DNA of 37,026 nucleotides from assembly GCA_002269645.1 (NCBI GenBank), contig NIVC01000828.1, positions 54,978 through 92,003 of the forward strand, in the 5' to 3' direction. The notes beneath the pieces were generated by a model, which had not been told where the DNA came from, did not search any database, and saw only the letters and a list, made by a program, of their open reading frames with translations. A program made the translations under genes and the position numbers. Position 1 is the first letter of the stretch; every line of letters begins with the position of its first letter. Shown piece by piece: positions 1 to 12,200 of this stretch. The stretch comes from Macrostomum lignano (taxonomy: Eukaryota).

Positions 1-48
1 AAATTTGGATCAGTTTTGCACATCAAAAACTGTTTTTATTACCTACCA

Positions 49-59
49 TTGATCTACAG
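49..59 (+). promoter_or_regulatory. Possible splice acceptor (TTGATCTACAG) at the AT-rich to GC-rich transition
   Basis: AT/pyrimidine-rich sequence ends in CAG at 57-59 and coding-like composition follows. An in-frame TGA at 208-210 argues against a simple join; an alternative acceptor is TTGCCTTTCGAGTCCAG (AG 232-233). Confidence 0.3.
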
Positions 60-210
60 GCAGCGTGAAAGCGCAGTCACTATGCAGTGCAAGTCACCGG
101 GAGCTCGCAGACAGAGCGGTCATATCGGTAACGAACTCGCAGAGCATGGACACACACCGATCTTCTATTCGAAGGTAGAAGGGCAGCCTTCGCGACAGTC
201 GCGAGTCTGA

Positions 211-3200
211 GTGGTATTGCCTTTCGAGTCCAGGCCAGTCGACCTAACCAGCATCCGGGATCTGACAGTCGCCAAGGATCAGGTCCGCCAGCAGCTCAGA
301 CGTGCGTCAATGAGCGAGAGCACGCAGACCAAACCGCCCCCAAGGAGTCCGGTGGGGCTCCTGTCTCCCACTTCGAAATCTGTGCAGGCCGGTTATTCGG
401 AATATCGACAGAACTCTACTCAGGATATTGAGGATCCAGTATTTCGTCAGGCTGTGTACAACTACATTCAAGAGTACGAGTCCGAAGTAAAACGCTACCT
501 GCACGAAAATATTCCGAGTCCGATAGTGCACTCTCAGTCCGCGTACGCTGCTGCGTCGGCATCTGAGGGCCGATCCCAGCTGAGAGTTGACGTCGAAGAA
601 AAGTTAGAGTACTCGGAAACGCGAAAGCTTGCAACGGCCATTTCGAGCTCCAATGAAAGCGAAGCGAATGCGACTTCAAGCTCAGGCTCCGGCACCGGTG
701 CTGCTGTTGGAAAAACCCAAGCAGTCACGCGCGAGGCTGGCTGTCAAACTGCGCAGATACCAATAGCCAGCACAGGTTGCGATAAGCAGAGCGTCATGGC
801 GGAGAGCAAGATTGCCTGCCACCTGCACTATACTGTGCAGAATGATCTGTTCTGTCTAGAAATAGAAAGCAGCGACTCAGAGACTCAAACAGATCAGTCT
901 GGCCAAACAGTGGAGACGGAAGAGAAACTCATTAAGTACGAAAGCCGGGTTGATGAGAGAGTCGAAAGACAAAGCGTAGACATCGAGATAAAAATCGAAG
1001 AGGAGACAAACCGTAAAAAGCTCATGGCAACTCAACCACCTGAGAAAGTAGAAGTTCAAGATGCCTGCGTAAAAACGACCTGTGAAACAGAGGAATCGGT
1101 TTTAGTTGTTAAGCAACAAATAAAATATATGCAACTGTCTCAGGAGCTAGTCACTGCCGAACAGGGAGTCAACTGCGTAATCGAAAACCAAATTTCAGAT
1201 TTTGAGTGTTCATTTGACCTGGAATTTGCGGATAGCAGTGTAAATTGCAAAACTGAAGAAAAAACTCAGGAAATCAGCACTTGCGAAGTGCACTATGAGA
1301 ACCACTTTTAGTGAAGCCGCTCTTTCAAACAGATTCTTTCACAGGCGAAAGCAGCATCTCCGTAAGCCCAAAACTTGCGTGCATGAGCGTTGAAATGGAA
1401 ATTTCAACCGAAGATGCGTCTGTTTTATGCAAAGATGAGACAAAAAATTCGAGAGTGTTTCTCCCACTTAGAAAATCTTATAAGGAAAGCAACACCAAAG
1501 CACAGATAACAACGAAAGACGTTTCTGTAACAGCCAAACAAGTCGTCAGCGAACTGGGATTTGCTGAAGAAGTGCAAAAAATCAAAGCAGTTAACAGCAA
1601 CGTAAAATTCAGTAACATGCCGAAAATTCTAGAGTGCAACAGCTCGCTTGAACTTATGCACGAAAATGCTGGTGTACGAGCACAGCCGACCGTAGATGAG
1701 ATGGGCGTCTGTGAGCAAGTTATGTTCTCTGATGGTGCCATGAGATTCAAGGATGAACCGAAGGTCGAAGAGTGCGCCAGCTCGCTTGAGTTGTTGGTCA
1801 AGTCAGGCTTCGTTCGTACGAAAACTAAAGTCCAAGAAGCTTCTGTGCAAGTCAATCAAGAAGTCGGAGAGATTGGCGTATACAACGAGGTACTAAGCGC
1901 GAGCGAAAACGTAAGATTCAAGGACGAACCGCAGGTCGAAGAGTGCACCAGCTCGCTTGAGTTGTTGGTCAAGTCAGGCTTCGTTCGTACGAAAACTAAA
2001 GTCCAAGAAGCTTCTGTGCAAGTCAATCAAGAAGTCGGAGAGATTGGCGTATACAACGAGGTACTCAGCGCGAGCGAAAACGTGAGATTCAAGGACGAAC
2101 CGAAAGTTGAAGAGTGCGCCAGCTCGCATGAGCTTATACACAAAACGACTGGTGTGCGAGCACAGCCAACCGTGGATGAGATGGGCGCTTATGAGACGCT
2201 GCTCACATCAGACGGGTCGGTACGCTACAAAGAAGAGCCGAAGCTCAACGAATGCGCCTCATTCCTGGAAACGACTGTCTTGAGTGAGTCATTCGAGTAA
2301 GCCAGAGTGTGAACGAAATGGGCTTCTGTGAGATGTTGGAGACATCAGACACGACAATGCGCTACAAAGAAGAGCAAGAAGTGAGAGACTGCGCATCGTT
2401 CCTCGAGACATCCGTCATGATAGGATCTGTTCGAGTGAAACAAGAAATAGACGACATGGGCGTCTGTGAGATGCTGCTCGCATCAGACGCTTCGGTACGA
2501 TACAAGGAGGAGCCGAAACTCGACGAGTGCTTCACATTCTCCGAGACCACATTCCTGGAAGGCGCTATCCGAGTAGAGACACTTGTGAAGGAGGCTTCAG
2601 TTCAAGTGGAACAGTCAGTCGATGGAATGGGCGTCTGTGAGATGCTGCTCACATCAGACGGGTCGGTACGCTACAAGGAAGAGCCGAAACTCGACGAGTG
2701 CTTCACATTCTCCGAGACCACATTCCTGGAAGGCGCTATCCGAGTAGAGACACTTGTGAAGGAGGATTCAGTTCAAGTGGAACAGTCAGTCGATGGAATG
2801 GGCGTCTGTGAGATGCTGCTCGCATCAGACGCTTCGTACGATACAAGGAGGAGCCGAAACTCGACGAGTGCTTCACATTCTCCGAGACCACATTCCTGGA
2901 AGGCGCTATCCGAGTAGAGACACTTGTGAAGGAGGCTTCAGTTCAAGTGGAACAGCCAGTCGATGGAATGGGCGTCTGTGAGATGCTGCTCACATCAGAC
3001 GGGTCGGTACGCTACAAGGAAGAGCCGAAACTCGACGAGTGCTTAACATTCTCCGAGACCACATTCCTGGAAGGCGCTATCCGAGTAGAGACACTTGTGA
3101 AGGAGGCTTCAGTTCAAGTGGAACAGCCAGTCGATGGAATGGGCGTCTGTGAGATGCTGCTCACATCAGACGGGTCGGTACGCTACAAGGAAGAGCCGAA

Positions 3201-6200
3201 ACTCGACGAGTGCTTCACATTCTCCGAGACCACATTCCTGGAAGGCGCTATCCGAGTAGAGACACTTGTGAAGGAGGCTTCAGTTCAAGTGGAACAGTCA
3301 GTCGATGGAATGGGCGTCTGTGAGATACTGCTCACATCAGACGGGTCGGTACGCTACAAGGAAGAGCCGAAGCTCAACGAATGCGCCTCATTCCTGGAAA
3401 CGACTGTCTTGAGTGAGTCCATTCGAGTAAGCCAGAGTGTGAACGAAATGGGCTTCTGTGAGATGTTGGAGACATCAGACACGACAATGCGCTACAAAGA
3501 AGAGCTAGAAGTGAGAGACTGCGCATCGTTCCTCGAGACATCCGTCATGATAGGATCTGTTCGAGTGACACAAGAAATAGACGACATGGGCGTCTGTGAG
3601 ATGCTGCTCGCATCAGACGCTTCGGTACGATACAAGGAGGAGCCGAAACTCGACGAGTGCTTCACATTCTCCGAGACCACATTCCTGGAAGGCGCTATCC
3701 GAGTAGAGACACTTGTGAAGGAGGCTTCAGTTCAAGTGGAACAGCCAGTCGATGGAATGGGCGTCTGTGAGATGCTGCTCACATCAGACGGGTCGGTACG
3801 CTACAAGGAAGAGCCGAAACTCGACGAGTGCTTCACATTCTCCGAGACCACATTCCTGGAAGGCGCTATCCGAGTAGAGACACTTGTTAAGGAGGCTTCA
3901 GTTCAAGTGGAACAGTCAGTCGATGGAATGGGCGTCTGTGAGATGCTGCTCACATCAGACGGGTCGGTACGCTACAAGGAGGAGCCGAAACTCGACGAGT
4001 GCTTCACATTCTCCGAGACCTCATTCATGGAAGGCGCTATCCGAGTAGAGACACTTGTGAAGGAGGCTTCAGTTCAAGTGGAACAGTCAGTCGATGGAAT
4101 GGGCGTCTGTGAGATACTGCTCACATCAGACGGGTCGGTACGCTACAAGGAAGAGCCGAAGCTCAACGAATGCGCCTCATTCCTGGAAACGACTGTCTTG
4201 AGTGAGTCCATTCGAGTAAGCCAGAGTGTGAACGAAATGGGCTTCTGTGAGATGTTGGAGACATCAGACACGACAATGCGCTACAAAGAAGAGCTAGAAG
4301 TGAGAGACTGCGCATCGTTCCTCGAGACATCCGTCATGATAGGATCTGTTCGAGTGACACAAGAAATAGACGACATGGGCGTCTGTGAGATGCTGCTCGC
4401 ATCAGACGCTTCGGTACGATACAAGGAGGAGCCGAAACTCGACGAGTGCTTCACATTCTCCGAGACCTCATTCATGGAAGGCGCTATCCGAGTAGAGACA
4501 CTTGTGAAGGAGGCTTCAGTTCAAGTGGAACAGTCAGTCGATGGAATGGGCGTCTGTGAGATACTGCTCACATCAGACGGGTCGGTACGCTACAAGGAAG
4601 AGCCGAAGCTCAACGAATGCGCCTCATTCCTGGAAACGACTGTCTTGAGTGAGTCCATTCGAGTAAGCCAGAGTGTGAACGAAATGGGCTTCTGTGAGAT
4701 GTTGGAGACATCAGACACGACAATGCGCTACAAAGAAGAGCTAGAAGTGAGAGACTGCGCATCGTTCCTCGAGACATCCGTCATGATAGGATCTGTTCGA
4801 GTGACACAAGAAATAGACGACATGGGCGTCTGTGAGATGCTGCTCGCATCAGACGCTTCGGTACGATACAAGGAGGAGCCGAAACTCGACGAGTGCTTCA
4901 CATTCTCCGAGACCACATTCCTGGAAGGCGCTATCCGAGTAGAGACACTTGTGAAGGAGGCTTCAGTTCAAGTGGAACAGCCAGTCGATGGAATGGGCGT
5001 CTGTGAGATGCTGCTCACATCAGACGGGTCGGTACGCTACAAGGAAGAGCCGAAACTCGACGAGTGCTTAACATTCTCCGAGACCACATTCCTGGAAGGC
5101 GCTATCCGAGTAGAGACACTTGTGAAGGAGGCTTCAGTTCAAGTGGAACAGCCAGTCGATGGAATGGGCGTCTGTGAGATGCTGCTCACATCAGACGGGT
5201 CGGTACGCTACAAGGAAGAGCCGAAACTCGACGAGTGCTTCACATTCTCCGAGACCACATTCCTGGAAGGCGCTATCCGAGTAGAGACACTTGTGAAGGA
5301 GGCTTCAGTTCAAGTGGAACAGTCAGTCGATGGAATGGGCGTCTGTGAGATGCTGCTCACATCAGACGGGTCGGTACGCTACAAGGAAGAGCCGAAACTC
5401 GACGAGTGCTTCACATTCTCCGAGACCACATTCCTGGAAGGCGCTATCCGAGTAGAGACACTTGTGAAGGAGGCTTCAGTTCAAGTGGAACAGTCAGTCG
5501 ATGGAATGGGCGTCTGTGAGATGCTGCTCACATCAGACGGGTCGGTACGCTACAAGGAAGAGCCGAAACTCGACGAGTGCTTCACATTCTCCGAGACCAC
5601 ATTCCTGGAAGGCGCTATCCGAGTAGAGACACTTGTGAAGGAGGCTTCAGTTCAAGTGGAACAGTCAGTCGATGGAATGGGCGTCTGTGAGATGCTGCTC
5701 ACATCAGACGGGTCGGTACGCTACAAGGAAGAGCCGAAACTCGACGAGTGCTTCACATTCTCCGAGACCACATTCCTGGAAGGCGCTATCCGAGTAGAGA
5801 CACTTGTGAAGGAGGCTTCAGTTCAAGTGGAACAGTCAGTCGATGGAATGGGCGTCTGTGAGATACTGCTCACATCAGACGGGTCGGTACGCTACAAGGA
5901 AGAGCCGAAGCTCAACGAATGCGCCTCATTCCTGGAAACGACTGTCTTGAGTGAGTCCATTCGAGTAAGCCAGAGTGTGAACGAAATGGGCTTCTGTGAG
6001 ATGTTGGAGACATCAGACACGACAATGCGCTACAAAGAAGAGCTAGAAGTGAGAGACTGCGCATCGTTCCTCGAGACATCCGTCATGATAGGATCTGTTC
6101 GAGTGACACAAGAAATAGACGACATGGGCGTCTGTGAGATGCTGCTCGCATCAGACGCTTCGGTACGATACAAGGAGGAGCCGAAACTCGACGAGTGCTT

Positions 6201-9200
6201 CACATTCTCCGAGACCACATTCCTGGAAGGCGCTATCCGAGTAGAGACACTTGTGAAGGAGGCTTCAGTTCAAGTGGAACAGTCAGTCGATGGAATGGGC
6301 GTCTGTGAGATGCTGCTCACATCAGACGGGTCGGTACGCTACAAGGAAGAGCCGAAACTCGACGAGTGCTTCACATTCTCCGAGACCACATTCCTGGAAG
6401 GCGCTATCCGAGTAGAGACACTTGTGAAGGAGGCTTCAGTTCAAGTGGAACAGTCAGTCGATGGAATGGGCGTCTGTGAGATGCTGCTCACATCAGACGG
6501 GTCGGTACGCTACAAGGAAGAGCCGAAACTCGACGAGTGCTTCACATTCTCCGAGACCACATTCCTGGAAGGCGCTATCCGAGTAGAGACACTTGTGAAG
6601 GAGGCTTCAGTTCAAGTGGAACAGTCAGTCGATGGAATGGGCGTCTGTGAGATGCTGCTCACATCAGACGGGTCGGTACGCTACAAGGAAGAGCCGAAAC
6701 TCGACGAGTGCTTCACATTCTCCGAGACCACATTCCTGGAAGGCGCTATCCGAGTAGAGACACTTGTGAAGGAGGCTTCAGTTCAAGTGGAACAGTCAGT
6801 CGATGGAATGGGCGTCTGTGAGATGCTGCTCACATCAGACGGGTCGGTACGCTACAAGGAAGAGCCGAAACTCGACGAGTGCTTCACATTCTCTGAGACC
6901 ACATTCCTGGAAGGCGCTATCCGAGTAGAGACACTTGTGAAGGAGGCTTCAGTTCAAGTGGAACAGTCAGTCGATGGAATGGGCGTCTGTGAGATGCTGC
7001 TCACATCAGACGGGTCGGTACGCTACAAGGAAGAGCCGAAACTCGACGAGTGCTTCACATTCTCCGAGACCACATTCCTGGAAGGCGCTATCCGAGTAGA
7101 GACACTTGTGAAGGAGGCTTCAGTTCAAGTGGAACAGTCAGTCGATGGAATGGGCGTCTGTGAGATGCTGCTCACATCAGACGGGTCGGTACGCTACAAG
7201 GAAGAGCCGAAGCTCAACGAATGCGCCTCATTCCTGGAAACGACTGTCTTGAGTGAGTCCATTCGAGTAAGCCAGAGTGTGAACGAAATGGGCTTCTGTG
7301 AGATGTTGGAGACATCAGACACGACAATGCGCTACAAAGAAGAGCTAGAAGTGAGAGACTGCGCATCGTTCCTCGAGACATCCGTCATGATAGGATCTGT
7401 TCGAGTGACACAAGAAATAGACGACATGGGCGTCTGTGAGATGCTGCTCGCATCAGACGCTTCGGTACGATACAAGGAGGAGCCGAAACTCGACGAGTGC
7501 TTCACATTCTCCGAGACCACATTCCTGGAAGGCGCTATCCGAGTAGAGACACTTGTGAAGGAGGCTTCAGTTCAAGTGGAACAGCCAGTCGATGGAATGG
7601 GCGTCTGTGAGATGCTGCTCACATCAGACGGGTCGGTACGCTACAAGGAAGAGCCGAAACTCGACGAGTGCTTCACATTCTCCGAGACCACATTCCTGGA
7701 AGGCGCTATCCGAGTAGAGACACTTGTGAAGGAGGCTTCAGTTCAAGTGGAACAGTCAGTCGATGGAATGGGCGTCTGTGAGATGCTGCTCACATCAGAC
7801 GGGTCGGTACGCTACAAGGAAGAGCCGAAACTCGACGAGTGCTTCACATTCTCCGAGACCACATTCCTGGAAGGCGCTATCCGAGTAGAGACACTTGTGA
7901 AGGAGGCTTCAGTTCAAGTGGAACAGTCAGTCGATGGAATGGGCGTCTGTGAGATGCTGCTCACATCAGACGGGTCGGTACGCTACAAGGAAGAGCCGAA
8001 GCTCAACGAATGCGCCTCATTCCTGGAAACGACTGTCTTGAGTGAGTCCATTCGAGTAAGCCAGAGTGTGAACGAAATGGGCTTCTGTGAGATGTTGGAG
8101 ACATCAGACACGACAATGCGCTACAAAGAAGAGCTAGAAGTGAGAGACTGCGCATCGTTCCTCGAGACATCCGTCATGATAGGATCTGTTCGAGTGACAC
8201 AAGAAATAGACGACATGGGCGTCTGTGAGATGCTGCTCGCATCAGACGCTTCGGTACGATACAAGGAGGAGCCGAAACTCGACGAGTGCTTCACATTCTC
8301 CGAGACCACATTCCTGGAAGGCGCTATCCGAGTAGAGACACTTGTGAAGGAGGCTTCAGTTCAAGTGGAACAGTCAGTCGATGGAATGGGCGTCTGTGAG
8401 ATGCTGCTCACATCAGACGGGTCGGTACGCTACAAGGAAGAGCCGAAACTCGACGAGTGCTTCACATTCTCCGAGACCACATTCCTGGAAGGCGCTATCC
8501 GAGTAGAGACACTTGTGAAGGAGGCTTCAGTTCAAGTGGAACAGTCAGTCGATGGAATGGGCGTCTGTGAGATGCTGCTCACATCAGACGGGTCGGTACG
8601 CTACAAGGAAGAGCCGAAACTCGACGAGTGCTTCACATTCTCCGAGACCACATTCCTGGAAGGCGCTATCCGAGTAGAGACACTTGTGAAGGAGGCTTCA
8701 GTTCAAGTGGAACAGTCAGTCGATGGAATGGGCGTCTGTGAGATGCTGCTCACATCAGACGGGTCGGTACGCTACAAGGAAGAGCCGAAACTCGACGAGT
8801 GCTTCACATTCTCCGAGACCACATTCCTGGAAGGCGCTATCCGAGTAGAGACACTTGTGAAGGAGGCTTCAGTTCAAGTGGAACAGTCAGTCGATGGAAT
8901 GGGCGTCTGTGAGATGCTGCTCACATCAGACGGGTCGGTACGCTACAAGGAAGAGCCGAAACTCGACGAGTGCTTCACATTCTCTGAGACCACATTCCTG
9001 GAAGGCGCTATCCGAGTAGAGACACTTGTGAAGGAGGCTTCAGTTCAAGTGGAACAGTCAGTCGATGGAATGGGCGTCTGTGAGATGCTGCTCACATCAG
9101 ACGGGTCGGTACGCTACAAGGAAGAGCCGAAACTCGACGAGTGCTTCACATTCTCCGAGACCACATTCCTGGAAGGCGCTATCCGAGTAGAGACACTTGT

Positions 9201-12200
9201 GAAGGAGGCTTCAGTTCAAGTGGAACAGTCAGTCGATGGAATGGGCGTCTGTGAGATGCTGCTCACATCAGACGGGTCGGTACGCTACAAGGAAGAGCCG
9301 AAGCTCAACGAATGCGCCTCATTCCTGGAAACGACTGTCTTGAGTGAGTCCATTCGAGTAAGCCAGAGTGTGAACGAAATGGGCTTCTGTGAGATGTTGG
9401 AGACATCAGACACGACAATGCGCTACAAAGAAGAGCTAGAAGTGAGAGACTGCGCATCGTTCCTCGAGACATCCGTCATGATAGGATCTGTTCGAGTGAC
9501 ACAAGAAATAGACGACATGGGCGTCTGTGAGATGCTGCTCGCATCAGACGCTTCGGTACGATACAAGGAGGAGCCGAAACTCGACGAGTGCTTCACATTC
9601 TCCGAGACCACATTCCTGGAAGGCGCTATCCGAGTAGAGACACTTGTGAAGGAGGCTTCAGTTCAAGTGGAACAGCCAGTCGATGGAATGGGCGTCTGTG
9701 AGATGCTGCTCACATCAGACGGGTCGGTACGCTACAAGGAAGAGCCGAAACTCGACGAGTGCTTCACATTCTCCGAGACCACATTCCTGGAAGGCGCTAT
9801 CCGAGTAGAGACACTTGTGAAGGAGGCTTCAGTTCAAGTGGAACAGTCAGTCGATGGAATGGGCGTCTGTGAGATGCTGCTCACATCAGACGGGTCGGTA
9901 CGCTACAAGGAGGAGCCGAAACTCGACGAGTGCTTCACATTCTCCGAGACCTCATTCATGGAAGGCGCTATCCGAGTAGAGACACTTGTGAAGGAGGCTT
10001 CAGTTCAAGTGGAACAGTCAGTCGATGGAATGGGCGTCTGTGAGATGCTGCTCACATCAGTCGGGTCGGTAAGCTACAAGGAAGAGCTTGAAGTAAAAGA
10101 GTGCGCATCCTTCCTCGAGACTTCGGTCATGGTCGGCTCCGTTCGAGCGAAACAAGAAGTACACGGCATGGGCGTCTGTGAGATGCTGCAGACATCAGTC
10201 GGGTCGGTACGCTACAAGGAAGAGCTTGAAGTAAGAGAGTGCGCATCCTTCCTCGAGACTTCGGTTATGGTCGGCTCCGTTCGAGCGAAACAGGATGTGA
10301 AGGACATGGGCGTCTGTGAGATGCTGCAGACATCGGACTCGACAATGCGCTACAAAGAAGAGCTAGAAGTGAGAGAATGCGCTTCGTTCCTTGAGACATC
10401 CTTCATGGTCGGCTCCGTTCGAGCGAAACAGGATGTGGAGGACATGGGCGTCTGTGAGATGCTGCAGACATCAGTCGGGTCGGTACGCTACAAGGAAGAG
10501 CTTGAAGTAAGAGAGTGCGCATCCTTCCTCGAGACTTCGGTCATGGTCGGCTCCGTTCGAGCGAAACAAGAAGTAGACGGCATGGGCGTCTGTGAGATGC
10601 TGCAGACATCAGTCGGGTCGGTACGCTACAAGGAAGAGCTTGAAGTGAGAGAATGCGCTTCGTTCCTTGAGACATCCTTCATGGTCGGCTCCGTTCGAGC
10701 GAAACAGGATGTGGAGGACATGGGCGTCTGTGAGATGCTGCAGACATCAGTCGGGTCGGTACGCTACAAGGAAGAGCTTGAAGTAAGAGAGTGCGCATCC
10801 TTCCTCGAGACTTCGGTCATGGTCGGCTCCGTTCGAGCGAAACAGGATGTGGAGGACATGGGCGTCTGTGAGATGCTGCAGACATCGGACTCGACAATGC
10901 GCTACAAAGAAGAGCTAGAAGTGAGAGAATGCGCTTCGTTCCTTGAGACATCCTTCATGGTCGGCTCCGTTCGAGCGAAACAGGATGTGGAGGACATGGG
11001 CGTCTGTGAGATGCTGCAGACATCAGTCGGGTCGGTACGCTACAAGGAAGAGCTTGAAGTAAGAGAGTGCGCATCCTTCCTCGAGACTTCGGTCATGGTC
11101 GGCTCCGTTCGAGCGAAACAGGATGTGGAGGACATGGGCGTCTGTGAGATGCTGCAGACATCAGTCGGTTCGGTACGCTACAAGGAAGAGCTTGAAGTAA
11201 GAGAGTGCGCATCCTTCCTCGAGACTTCGGTCATGGTCGGCTCCGTTCGAGCGAAACAGGATGTGGAGGACATGGGCGTCTGTGAGATGCTGCAGACATC
11301 GGACTCGACAATGCGCTACAAAGAAGAGCTAGAAGTGAGAGAATGCGCTTCGTTCCTTGAGACATCCTTCATGGTTGGCTCCGTTCGAGCGAAACAGGAT
11401 GTGGAGGACATGGGCGTCTGTGAGATGCTGCAGACATCAGTCGGGTCGGTACGCTACAAGGAAGAGCTTGAAGTAAGAGAGTGCGCATCCTTCCTCGAGA
11501 CTTCGGTCATGGTCGGCTCCGTTCGAGCGAAACAGGATGTGGAGGACATGGGCGTCTGTGAGATGCTGCAGACATCGGACTCGACAATGCGCTACAAAGA
11601 AGAGCTAGAAGTGAGAGAATGCGCTTCGTTCCTTGAGACATCCTTCATGGTCGGCTCCGTTCGAGCGAAACAGGATGTGGAGGACATGGGCGTCTGTGAG
11701 ATGCTGCAGACATCAGTCGGGTCGGTACGCTACAAGGAAGAGCTTGAAGTAAGAGAGTGCGCATCCTTCCTCGAGACTTCGGTCATGGTCGGCTCCGTTC
11801 GAGCGAAACAGGATGTGGAGGACATGGGCGTCTGTGAGATGCTGCAGACATCAGTCGGGTCGGTACGCTACAAGGAAGAGCTTGAAGTAAGAGAGTGCGC
11901 ATCCTTCCTCGAGACTTCAGTCATGGTCGGCTCCGTTCGAGCGAAACAGGATGTGGAGGACATGGGCGTCTGTGAGATGCTGCAGACATCAGTCGGGTCG
12001 GTACGCTACAAAGAAGAGCTTGAAGTAAGAGAGTGCGCTTCGTTCCTTGAGACATCCTTCATGGTCGGATCCGTTCGAGCGAAACAGGATGTGGAGGACA
12101 TGGGCGTCTGTGAGATGCTGCAGACATCAGTCGGGTCGGTACGCTACAAGGAAGAGCTTGAAGTAAGAGAGTGCGCATCCTTCCTCGAGACTTCGGTCAT

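Noticed and set aside
208-210. Selenocysteine or readthrough TGA
   Set aside because: No SECIS or readthrough context could be identified; splicing or an indel is more likely.
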